Source: an uncultured virus (IMG/VR IMGVR_UViG_3300008255_004085) (taxonomy: Duplodnaviria; Heunggongvirae; Uroviricota; Caudoviricetes). Taken from it: a stretch of DNA of 64,000 bases. Every line of letters begins with the position of its first letter. Position 1 is the stretch's first letter. This document shows, in pieces, positions 37,731 through 48,000 of this stretch. The notes under the pieces were generated by a model. The model worked only from the letters and a program-made list of their open reading frames with translations, was not told the origin of the DNA and did not search any database. The stretch is from IMG/VR virus record IMGVR_UViG_3300008255_004085, one strand, 5' to 3'. The position numbers were made by a program, and so were the translations under genes.

Positions 37731-39324
37731 AATATAATATATTACCATTTTTAATATCCCAATGTCTCGTCTTAATATCCCAATCATTTAATAAAATTAA
37801 ATTATTTTTATTCAAAATTCTTCCAAATTCAATATCTGGATATGGATATTTATTTATATCATCTAAAACATTACAATATAAAGGAAAATATTTAGACCAG
37901 CATATACTTCTCCATAAAGCCAAACCGAATCCACAACATCCTATTTTAGATAATCCTTTTTTATTTTTTTCATATTTTATATCTTTTAGTATTATTTCTT
38001 CATCTAAATCATATGATAATAATATATCATTATTATATCTAGAAATAATTGTAGCAGTTACGACACCAATGCTGTAACTCATTGATTTTATAAATTTTGG
38101 AATTATATCAGTAGATGTGCATTCTTGATCATCTTCTATTGTTAAAACAAAATCACAATTTTTAGGAATATGTTGTTTAGCTAGATTATATAAATAAACA
38201 ATATGTTCACCAAATTTATGTTTTAAAATAGATCTATGTTTTGAATTATTGGCAAAATCAGAATTTGACATATCATTTGAAACTTTTTTATTACAATTAA
38301 TAATATTAACAGAATTCCAATCTAATTTATTTAAATATTCATTTAACTTTTGTGTAAATTCTAAATTACATGAATTATTTATAAAAATTCCATGTAATTT
38401 ATTTTTATTCCATCCTAATTTATATAAATTACTAATAACATTTTCTAAACACCATTCTCTTCCAGAAAATAACATAACAACAGCTATATGAGAATTATTA
38501 AAAATTAAATAATTATTATTTCTATTATGAATATTAATCATAGAATCTTTATGTTGTCTATAATTCCAAAAATTACCATCAATATATTTGAATTCCCATC
38601 CAAAATTATATATTTTTAGGAATAGACTCCAATCTTGAAGTGCTGGGATGTCACTATCCCAACCATTGACACAATCAATTGCCATTTTTCTTATTAAACA
38701 GCATGTATCTATATAATTTTGTTTTCTTATATATCCTTCTTCTGGTTCTTTTTTAACATAATCATATTGTCCAATAATATTATCATTATTATCAATAGTA
38801 TTAGGAGTAGAATAAACTATAGCAATATTTCCAGAAATATATTTTAAATGATTTTCTAGAAAATGATTTTCTAGAAAATTATCCGCATCTATATTAACTA
38901 TAAATTTAGTTTCAACCATATTTGTAGCATATTGCCTAGATCTTCCCACTGAAGCAAAATTTACTTTATAATATTCAACATTATATTTTTCACAAATATC
39001 TTTAGCGTTATCATTGTCAGAAGCATCATCTATAACAATAATTCTATCAAATTTTTTTGTTTGATTAACAACAGAATATAAACATTTATCAAGATAATTA
39101 TCATAATTATGATTTGTTATTATAGCTGTAGTATTTGATTTATTATTATCTAAAATATAATCAAATTTTTTTAAATATTTTTTTACTATTTCTATATCAT
39201 CTTTTATTATAAAATTGTTATCTTTAGATTTAATTAATACAAAATCACCATCCATTTTATATGAAATAATTTTATTTTCTTCTATTAATTCTATAAATTT
39301 TATTAAATTTATTTCTTTTATCAT
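37720..39324 (-). CDS. GT2 family glycosyltransferase with two GT-A domains
   Basis: IITNHNYDNYL, IIVIDDASD, NIDADN, QDW; second domain TIEDD...CGFG; start moved to MIKEIN (39324) by paralogy. Confidence 0.85.
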   Translation of the reverse strand: MIKEINLIKFIELIEENKIISYKMDGDFVLIKSKDNNFIIKDDIEIVKKYLKKFDYILDNNKSNTTAIITNHNYDNYLDKCLYSVVNQTKKFDRIIVIDDASDNDNAKDICEKYNVEYYKVNFASVGRSRQYATNMVETKFIVNIDADNFLENHFLENHLKYISGNIAIVYSTPNTIDNNDNIIGQYDYVKKEPEEGYIRKQNYIDTCCLIRKMAIDCVNGWDSDIPALQDWSLFLKIYNFGWEFKYIDGNFWNYRQHKDSMINIHNRNNNYLIFNNSHIAVVMLFSGREWCLENVISNLYKLGWNKNKLHGIFINNSCNLEFTQKLNEYLNKLDWNSVNIINCNKKVSNDMSNSDFANNSKHRSILKHKFGEHIVYLYNLAKQHIPKNCDFVLTIEDDQECTSTDIIPKFIKSMSYSIGVVTATIISRYNNDILLSYDLDEEIILKDIKYEKNKKGLSKIGCCGFGLALWRSICWSKYFPLYCNVLDDINKYPYPDIEFGRILNKNNLILLNDWDIKTRHWDIKNGNILYYGD

Positions 39325-39337
39325 TTTTTTATCTTTC

Positions 39338-40894
39338 TTATAAAATTTGTCCATGTGTATTATGTTTACATAAAACATTGGCATCTAATAAAATTTTATA
39401 TCCTATTTCTCTGAGCATTCTACAAACATTTGCATCCCATCCTAATGGTTCCACAGATCTATCTAATAAATTAAATCCACCTATTTTATTAATAGCATAT
39501 CTAGGATATAATGTACAACCACCACCAACAAATCCTACCTCTATTACTCCATATAATTCATCCATATTAGGTATATCTTGCCATGCATCAAGTGCTCTTG
39601 CAGCACAAGCTTTTCCTCTTATTTCTGGTGTTTCATAAAGACCACCAACAGCACCTATGTCTGTTAGATCAGCAATTGATTTATGGAGATCATATATAGC
39701 TGTTAATGGAGGAAGAACATCATCTTCAAGAGTAAAAATAAAATCTTCTACAACCCTTGGAATAACTTCAAGATATAATTTAGAAACCAATCTATGTATT
39801 CCATACCAACCCGGTTGACATATATCAGAAACTTTAGAGTAAGAAAATGATTCAAATCTTGAAAGATCAATATTCTCTAATAACCATTTATGAGTGTTTT
39901 TATCATTAGTATTATCAACAATATATAAAGAACAAAAATTTGGCAATATAGCATTATTAATCCATTCAACCCATAATTTTTGAACATTTTTTCTATTTGG
40001 AGCCAAACAAGTTACTATTCCAAAACTTCTACACTTAAAAAATACATCAAAAATTTCTTTTTTACTTATAATAGATCTTCTACCCCTTTCGTGTTCTCTC
40101 ATTAAAACAGAGGGTGCAGAAGAATGTTTACCGCACCAACCTTTTGAAGATAATTTTAATGAAACAATCCAATCATCACAATTTTCTATTAATAAATATC
40201 CTCCTATAGATCTTAATGCGTCAATTCTCCAACATGCAGATGTATCTAAAAAATTATTTTCTCTTAAAAGATCATAATTCCATTCTGGAACAATTCTTAA
40301 TTTAGTAGGATTTAAATTAGAATCTGTATATTGTATATCACTATAAATAAAAGCGACTTTAGAATTAGAATTTTTTATATCTCTTCTATAGGAATCAATA
40401 AATCCTTCAGGCATATAATTGTCAGTATCCCATCCAACCTGCCATGAGGTTTTACATTTGTTTAAAGCTAAATTTCTTGCTGGAATAGGTGTTCCCCATT
40501 TTCCAGTAATTATTTCCCAATCTTTCTTTTCTTTTAACCAATCAGGAATATTTATATCATCTAAACAAACTATCTTCTGATCTGGATTATTTTTATCAAT
40601 TGATAAAATAGTTTCCTCAAGCCAATCAGAATAAGCTTCATGACAAGTTAATGTAACAGCAATAGTATTTCCATTCTCAAACACAAATTTATCATAAATA
40701 CTTAATATTTTAGATTCTCTATCATAATTAATATTTATTTCTTTTAAATATTTTTCTGCTATATCTAAGTTATTTTTTATAACTAAAAGTTCATCTGATT
40801 TTATTTCAATTGAATCTTTTAAAATTTTAAAAGATTCAATTTTATTTTCTTCTATTAATTCAATTAATTCAATTAAATTTATTTCTCTTATCAT
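39338..40894 (-). CDS. GT2 family glycosyltransferase with two GT-A domains
   Basis: ARNLAL, WDTDN, FIYSD, CDDW; second domain YIVDN, TLEDDV, VGGGC. Confidence 0.85.
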   Translation of the reverse strand: MIREINLIELIELIEENKIESFKILKDSIEIKSDELLVIKNNLDIAEKYLKEININYDRESKILSIYDKFVFENGNTIAVTLTCHEAYSDWLEETILSIDKNNPDQKIVCLDDINIPDWLKEKKDWEIITGKWGTPIPARNLALNKCKTSWQVGWDTDNYMPEGFIDSYRRDIKNSNSKVAFIYSDIQYTDSNLNPTKLRIVPEWNYDLLRENNFLDTSACWRIDALRSIGGYLLIENCDDWIVSLKLSSKGWCGKHSSAPSVLMREHERGRRSIISKKEIFDVFFKCRSFGIVTCLAPNRKNVQKLWVEWINNAILPNFCSLYIVDNTNDKNTHKWLLENIDLSRFESFSYSKVSDICQPGWYGIHRLVSKLYLEVIPRVVEDFIFTLEDDVLPPLTAIYDLHKSIADLTDIGAVGGLYETPEIRGKACAARALDAWQDIPNMDELYGVIEVGFVGGGCTLYPRYAINKIGGFNLLDRSVEPLGWDANVCRMLREIGYKILLDANVLCKHNTHGQIL

Positions 40895-40903
40895 TTAACT
40901 TTC

Positions 40904-42790
40904 CTATCTTAAAAGATAATCTGGGTCTCTCAAATAACTAAATTCAGCAACAATCATAAAAGAACTTGGTGAGGTTGATGTTTCACAAATCAAATAATCT
41001 GTTGTTTCAAGAAAAAGTTTGTCAATCAATTCAAAATTGTCTGTTTGAGTTCCAGCAGAAATAATTGATCCAGAAGAGGTCGAAATTGAAACAACCGTTG
41101 AATTTGATGTGCATCCATAAATCTTGCTAATTAAAAACCCATCAATCCAATCAATTTTTGGAAAATGAAGATAAAAATCTTGTGCAAAATCTTGATCAAT
41201 ATTTGCCTCTGAAACAGAAACTCCTGCTTTAAAAACCTGTGTGATCACTTCTTCACTAATCCAATAACCTTCAACACCTCCATAAGTTGTTGATTCTTCC
41301 CATCTCCAAACCAAATCTGTAAAACTCAAATCACGAATTCTATACCCATCAAGTCTTGAATTCCCATAAAACTCATCATCAACTGGAAGATAACCAGATC
41401 TGATGCTACCAACTTCTTTTTGAATCCAAGCATAATCTCCAATCCCATTGTCATAATAATAAAGCCAAAGAGCACCGGATCTATCTCTAAGTGTTGTTCC
41501 GTTAACTAACCTTGAGGAGTCATCGTTATGACCATATTTATCTCCCCATTCTTTTTCATTAACAAACAAACCCTCTTCGTCGCTAATAATCGTTTGGAAA
41601 GAGTCCCCATAAAGGGTCAAAGTTAATCCATCACCAGAATAAACTATTGGGGAACTCGCATCAACCTTGAATTTAAGTGTGTTGGTTGCACTTGCCTCTG
41701 AAACAACAGACCCAGAACCAATGATCCTCAAACTTGAATTTTCTGTCGCTGTCCCTGTGCCGGTGTCTCCAACTAAAAGAAATTCAGCAAGAGTTCTTCC
41801 AATCCCATCTGTTGTCAAAAATAAACCATGGTTTGTTGAATGGAGTTTAATCCCAAGTTGATCTGCAACAAGCTGAAGTCCAGATTCGTCTGAAATTAAA
41901 ACACTTACTTCAATTTCATCATTCGAATTTAAATAAGTTCTCATTGGAGAATCTGAAAGAATTTCAAAAGTTTCATCGTTTGAAATGTTCTCTGTTTCAC
42001 CTTCGTCAGCATCAACATCAAAGTTGAAATCAACTTCTAAAATTCCAGTAGCATAAAGCCCATCGGAGTCTATTGCTAACCCACCACCAGATTTCAACTT
42101 CAGAAGAAGTTTTCCACCTGAAATTTGAAGCCCATCATTTGATTTTAAATCAAGAGCAATTTCAAGTTCATTTGACCCAAGATTTTCAGTTGTAACACCT
42201 TCGCCACCAAGGACATATAGAACATCTCCAATCCCGATTGTTTGTGAATCAACATCCCCTGAAAGCGTCCAAGTCAAATCGTCCGGCCAATTTTTAAATG
42301 TTGTTGAGATTGATGTGAAACTTGAAAAAGAAGGCGTTATATCTAAATCACCTGTTCCAAGTTTAAAAGAGTTATCTGGTGCTGTTGCATCTTCATCAAC
42401 AGCTATGAATTCAACATCTGTTGGCCCTGCAATCGCTGCGTCTGTTGCAAGTCCAGAAAGGAGAGAAATAACAGCATAAAGATCGCCAGAAGTTGCTCCA
42501 CCAGTTGTGTTGAATGTAATTCCAGTTGTCAATGTTGTTGAAAAAGCAAAAACCTCATCGTCATCATCAACAATGAGCATAGAAACAGCAGGATAGCTTT
42601 GACCACCATCAGTTAAATCTGTTTCATCAACAGCCCCACCTGAATAAATTCCCTCACCACCAAAGACAGTCAATTGAGCCTTGGCATAGCTCGTCCTGGC
42701 AAGAATGTTTTGAGACAAATCAGTTGATGAAATATATTCTATTTTTTGAGATGTTAAAAGATTTAATCCTTTTCGTCTAATCCACGGCAT
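40904..42790 (-). CDS. Putative tail fibre/appendage protein (paralog 3, no RCC1 head)
   Basis: Shares N-terminal domain and LKSGGGLAIDSDGLY shaft repeats with the 45062 and 50855 ORFs; start at MPWIRRKG after GAGGAG. Confidence 0.62.
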   Translation of the reverse strand: MPWIRRKGLNLLTSQKIEYISSTDLSQNILARTSYAKAQLTVFGGEGIYSGGAVDETDLTDGGQSYPAVSMLIVDDDDEVFAFSTTLTTGITFNTTGGATSGDLYAVISLLSGLATDAAIAGPTDVEFIAVDEDATAPDNSFKLGTGDLDITPSFSSFTSISTTFKNWPDDLTWTLSGDVDSQTIGIGDVLYVLGGEGVTTENLGSNELEIALDLKSNDGLQISGGKLLLKLKSGGGLAIDSDGLYATGILEVDFNFDVDADEGETENISNDETFEILSDSPMRTYLNSNDEIEVSVLISDESGLQLVADQLGIKLHSTNHGLFLTTDGIGRTLAEFLLVGDTGTGTATENSSLRIIGSGSVVSEASATNTLKFKVDASSPIVYSGDGLTLTLYGDSFQTIISDEEGLFVNEKEWGDKYGHNDDSSRLVNGTTLRDRSGALWLYYYDNGIGDYAWIQKEVGSIRSGYLPVDDEFYGNSRLDGYRIRDLSFTDLVWRWEESTTYGGVEGYWISEEVITQVFKAGVSVSEANIDQDFAQDFYLHFPKIDWIDGFLISKIYGCTSNSTVVSISTSSGSIISAGTQTDNFELIDKLFLETTDYLICETSTSPSSFMIVAEFSYLRDPDYLLR

Positions 42791-44388
42791 TGAGACTCCT
42801 CTATAAACATTTTCTCGGCACAATCAACAACTTCCTCTGGATTCGGAAGATATTCATACCAATCTCTAACTAAAAATTCTGCTGTCTGTCCGTAAATTTC
42901 GGTCGGTGCAGACGGGATATCATCAAGAGATAATTCCTTAAATAATGCTTTTGATTTATAATTCTTGTCCCCATTTCTCCATGGAAGAATATGGTCTGGG
43001 TTTTTGCAACTCGGGATTAGAAGTATTTGATTATCAAAAGCACCAGCTATATGAATTGGTGAAGAATCATTAGAAACCAAAACTTTTGCCTGAGAAATAA
43101 CAGCAAAAAGTTCGCCCAAACTCAAAAGATTCCTAAGATCAATCATCCCATCTCTAACTTCTACATTCAATGTTCCCCGAGTTTCTTCCTCTTTCCCAAT
43201 CAAACAAACTTTTAATCCTTTTTCGTGAAGACCGTCAATAATTTTCTGCCACCATTCAACAGGAAAAGTCTTAGATTCCCAATGCCGACCAGCGTGAACA
43301 AGAACAACATCTTCCAATGAATCAAAATTAACTATTTCATTAACAGAATCAATATCATCAACTTTTAGATCTAATTGTATCTCTTTATCTTTGTCAGGAA
43401 GGGTTCTTCTTAAAACAGCTATTGAAACGAAATCAACTGTGTGACACAGAAGGTTTGAGACATATGTCCACATCGGGGTTTCTGGGCCAGGAAGTGTGAC
43501 CACATGATAAAATTCGCCATCAAAATCTTTTTTCAATTCACCATGAAGATAAACAGGAGCATTGATGTGTTGAAAAACTCTTGGGAAATGAGTCACAATT
43601 CTAACATCATCATTTGGATAAATATATTTCAGAAGATATCTAATTGTTGGTCCTGCATCAATTTGATCACCAAGACCTCCTTGGACATCAATTAAAATAT
43701 GCCTTTGATATTTAAATTCAGGGGCATCATTTTTCCATTTTTCAAGATCTTTAGCAATCAACCCTGGAAGGATGCTAACATCTGGGACTCCTGCATAGTG
43801 AATAGCATAACTATCAAATCTTTCCTCGCCTGTCTTTCCATCCATACAACACATTCGATTGAATTTGTGAGTTATTTCAAATGTTTTAATTTTCATTTTT
43901 GCAATCATAATGTTCAGATAACTTTGTTCATAAAAGTTAAAGATTTCTTTTTCTGGTTTTTTAAAAAGATCTTTATGATATCTTGAAACTACCATAACAC
44001 CAGAGTTAAAATATTGTCCATCCCAATTTGGCAAAGTTGTTTCATATTCTTTGCAAGCTTGATAAATTGTTGTCACCCTTCCATCTGTGAATGGAGCCTC
44101 GTTGAACACCCCCAAAGAATCTTCAGGGACAATACCAAAAAGGTCTGGACAATCTTCACGGATGATGATGTCGGTGTCAAAATAGATAATTCTATGATAT
44201 TTATTTAAGAAATTTTTAATTGCAAATTTTTCCCAATGCGGAGTTGTTTGTGCAATATTTTTTTCAGAAAGAACAATAAAATCAGCCCCAATTTTTTCAG
44301 CATAACTCTGAATTGTTGGGTGTGTCAACTCTCCAATTTTCTGATACTTCTCACCCATACAAATAGTAACAATAGCATTTTTATTCAT
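42763..44388 (-). CDS. GT8-like / GT9 glycosyltransferase fusion
   Basis: YFDTD, YFNSGVMV, EQSYLN, IHYAG; then GGLGDQI, LVSNDSSPIHIAGA; start moved to MNKNA after GGAG. Confidence 0.88.
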   Translation of the reverse strand: MNKNAIVTICMGEKYQKIGELTHPTIQSYAEKIGADFIVLSEKNIAQTTPHWEKFAIKNFLNKYHRIIYFDTDIIIREDCPDLFGIVPEDSLGVFNEAPFTDGRVTTIYQACKEYETTLPNWDGQYFNSGVMVVSRYHKDLFKKPEKEIFNFYEQSYLNIMIAKMKIKTFEITHKFNRMCCMDGKTGEERFDSYAIHYAGVPDVSILPGLIAKDLEKWKNDAPEFKYQRHILIDVQGGLGDQIDAGPTIRYLLKYIYPNDDVRIVTHFPRVFQHINAPVYLHGELKKDFDGEFYHVVTLPGPETPMWTYVSNLLCHTVDFVSIAVLRRTLPDKDKEIQLDLKVDDIDSVNEIVNFDSLEDVVLVHAGRHWESKTFPVEWWQKIIDGLHEKGLKVCLIGKEEETRGTLNVEVRDGMIDLRNLLSLGELFAVISQAKVLVSNDSSPIHIAGAFDNQILLIPSCKNPDHILPWRNGDKNYKSKALFKELSLDDIPSAPTEIYGQTAEFLVRDWYEYLPNPEEVVDCAEKMFIEESQCRGLDEKD

Positions 44389-44402
44389 TTCACTCTCCGT
44401 TT

Positions 44403-45014
44403 TCAAATTTCAAAATATAAGCGGTTACTGTGTTGATATCCATTTTCAATAAATTGTTTAATTATAGGTTTCTCGCTCTCGATCACATATTCCGAATCAT
44501 CAATGACTACAAGACCATTATATTTCATTTTTGATGAAAACCATGTAATTTCTTCTTGAATTGTGTTTTCTTCATGATCACCATCAAGATAGGCAAAACC
44601 AATCTCTTTTGGGATTTCTTTGCCTTCAAACCACATCGGGATTGAATCATAAATCTTGATGAAATCTAAACTTCTCATTCTCCAGTGATAATGGAATTGT
44701 TTTGTTTCTTGACAAAAATTTGCAAGTTCTTTCATTGCTGTGAGATAGTAACCATCGTTATAATTCATATTTAAAACTTCTTTTCCACGAAGATATGGTT
44801 TGTTTCCATATGGGTCAATTGTGAAAAGTGGGCGTTGAATTTTGCTTTCTTGAATTGCGACTGCAAAAAGAAGCGCAGAGCCTCCTGCTCTTGTCCCAAC
44901 CTCAACAAAAGGAATCCCTGCTGGAATTTTTTTTGCGAATTCAAGAGTCTTTTCAAATAAAAAATCCATATCAGACGAGTGATCCGAAAAGCGTTTTGCT
45001 TGTTCTTTATCCAT
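44403..45014 (-). CDS. Class I SAM-dependent methyltransferase (Methyltransf_24/TylF-like)
   Basis: VEVGTRAGGS, TIDPYG, AYLDGDH, GLVVIDD. Confidence 0.85.
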   Translation of the reverse strand: MDKEQAKRFSDHSSDMDFLFEKTLEFAKKIPAGIPFVEVGTRAGGSALLFAVAIQESKIQRPLFTIDPYGNKPYLRGKEVLNMNYNDGYYLTAMKELANFCQETKQFHYHWRMRSLDFIKIYDSIPMWFEGKEIPKEIGFAYLDGDHEENTIQEEITWFSSKMKYNGLVVIDDSEYVIESEKPIIKQFIENGYQHSNRLYFEI

Positions 45015-45032
45015 TTTTTCTTCTTTCTTTTG

Positions 45033-45068
45033 ATTAACTAATTAACTAAAATTAACTAAAATTAACTA
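45033..45068 (+). repeat. Tandem ATTAACTA(AA) x4
   Basis: Read directly; overlaps the stop codon of the 1920-aa gene. Confidence 0.8.
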
Positions 45069-48000
45069 TAACCTATGATCTTGATCGGACTTACTTTATC
45101 TGATGTTGATCCATCTCCAAGTTGACCAGATGCGTTATCTCCCCAAACCCAAAGCGATTTATCTACTTTTAATCCAGAACAAAATGCGCTTGCACAATAA
45201 AACTGTGAAAATGAATGATTACCTATCACAGAAATTGGGCTAGATTCTGATGTAAACGAGTTGTTCCCAAGTTGACCAGATGTGTTGTCTCCCCAAGCCC
45301 AAATTGATCCATCTGATTTTAACCCAGCAGAGAAATTTGACCCAGATGAAATTGATGAAAAAGCATGGTCTCCGACAACTGAAATTGGTGAGCTTTTTGC
45401 ATCCACTGTTTCATTACCAAGTTGTCCATTTGTATTATCTCCCCATGACCAAATTTCACCTTCCGCTGTCAACAAAATTGAATGTGTATCACTGGCAACA
45501 AGTTGTTCGGGAGTATTTTGATTTAAAGCTATGTTTACCAAAACAGGGCTTGATTTTAAAACTGTTGTGCCATCTGCAAGAAATCCATATGTGTTAGAAC
45601 CCCAAGCCCAAACAGTTCCGTCCTCTTTTCTTGCATAGGTTGAATAAAATCTTATGTTAACATCTATAAATGAATGATCGCCTATAACAGAAACTGGAGA
45701 AGACCTATTTATATTTGTTCCATCAGCGAGTTGACCTATGTCATTAAATCCCCAACCCCAAAGTGTTCCGTCATCTTTCAACCCAAATGTACAGATGTCG
45801 CCACTAAAAATATCTACAAACGAATGAGCACCAATAACTGAAACAGGTGAAGATCTTGTTATGTTAGTCCCATCTCCGACGGATCCTCCATTTAGACCCC
45901 AACACCAAACAGTCCCATTTTCTTTTAATGCTGCAAATCCCCATTGATTATTTGATGTTATTTTAATAAATGAATGAGCACCAACAACAGAGACAGGAGA
46001 TGAAGTCCCAGATCCAACAGCGACAGAAGGATTTGCTATTTCACCATATTGGTTATATCCCCATTGCCAAAGAGTTCCATCGCCGCTTAATGCACAAAAA
46101 CCTCCATAACTAAATCCAACAATATCAACAAAAGAATAATCATAATCAAACATTGATGGGAAATAAGAATCTGAAGTTGCAGTATATTCACAATATCCAA
46201 GACCCCCGAAAATAACGATTGTACTATCTTCTCTTTTTCTTCCAGCACAACCACTTATTTGATCATAATCTTGATAAGTCACGACCTGAACAGGGCTAGA
46301 AACGTCTGGGATGTCAGCATAATTCTTCCCTCTTATTGCATTATTATTTGTTTGTCCCCAAGCCCAAACCATTCCATCTTCTTTTAATCCATAAAAAGTT
46401 CCAGATCTTCGATTACTGCCTATTTCAATAAATGAATGTCCACCAATGACTTGAATTGGTGAAGTGTTTGTAGAAAATCCAGATGGAGCACATTGATAAT
46501 GTGCATTAGATCCCCAAACCCAAATTTCTCCATTTTCTTTCAAGGCTGCAACTGTCTGATAAGCATCTGTCGCTTGGCAGAAAACTAAATCTATAAATGA
46601 ATGAGCACCCCCGAGAACTGCCACAGGAGAAAGTTTATAACTTGTTGTGCCATCACCAAGCTGACCATAGTTGTTAGAACCCCAAGCCCAAACAGTTCCA
46701 TCGGCTTTGATTGCATAGCTATCTAAATAACTTGCAATTATTTTTATAAATGAATGATTACCAACAACTGAAACCGGAGAAGATCTTGAAATCATCGTAT
46801 TATCGCCTAATGGAGTTTGTCCCCAAGCCCAAACACTTCCATCTGCTTTTAATGCTAATGTATGAGTATTTCCAGTAGAAACAGAAATAAATGAATGATT
46901 CCCGACAACTGAAACTGGTGAAGATTTAACTGTTGTCGTTCCATCTCCCATTTGCCCATAGTAGTTTCCTTCTAAACTTGGAGTAGAAGAAGTTAAACCC
47001 CAAGACCAAGCTGTTCCATTTGCTTTCAATCCAACTCCATGAGTAGATATCCCAGAGACTTGAATAAATGAAAATAGATTTGGATATAATGCTATTGGAC
47101 TTGTAAGATCAGATCCTCCATCTGCTGTTCTTGTCCCATAATACCAACAAATACCATCTGAATCTAATGAATAAATTCTATAATATCCAGTCTCAAAAGA
47201 TTCAAATTCTTGAACACTATTGTATCTTGCATCTATGTATGAATATCCAGTCTGATAACCACTAGAGCTAAAAGTAGACCATAAATAAACTTTTCCATTA
47301 TCTCTTAAAGAACATCCTACCAAACATTTTTGTCCCAATTTTGTGAAGGTTTTATTTGTTTGCCCTATTGCAATTGTTGGACTAGAAACTGCTGTCGGTA
47401 AACCCTCTCCAGCCCCAATATAATTCCCAACACCCCACCCCCAAATTTTTCCATTTGTGTCTAATGCCGCAGTAGCATAGTCTCTTGGAACAATTGTTTG
47501 AAAACTCTGTGTAATTGAGTGGAAATAACTTCTAACAGCAGGAATAGACACAAAAGAATAAGTTGATTCGAGCATCAAGTGCCCAGCATAATTATATCCC
47601 CAATTCCAAACATAGCCGTCAGAATCTAAAAGAGAAATCACATTCTGAGAAACATTCATTTCAACCCAAGATGTATTTGGTGGAGCATAAGCGATTGAGA
47701 TAGGTGAACTTTTTGAAGCTGTTGTTTCATCGCCAAGTTGACCAGAAGAATTCAATCCCCAAGCCCAAACTGTCCCATCTTCTTTTGAAGCCAGATTGTA
47801 GCTTCCACCAGCAGAAATTGAAATAAATGAATGTTCCCCAACAACTGAAATTGGTGAGCTTTGTGCATTAATTGTTTCATCTCCAAGTTCACCAGACGCA
47901 TTGTCTCCCCAACCCCAAACAGAGCCATCTTCTTTTAATCCAATGATGTGTGTGGTCCCTGCTGCTAAAGAAACAAACGAATGAGCCCCAACAACTGAAA

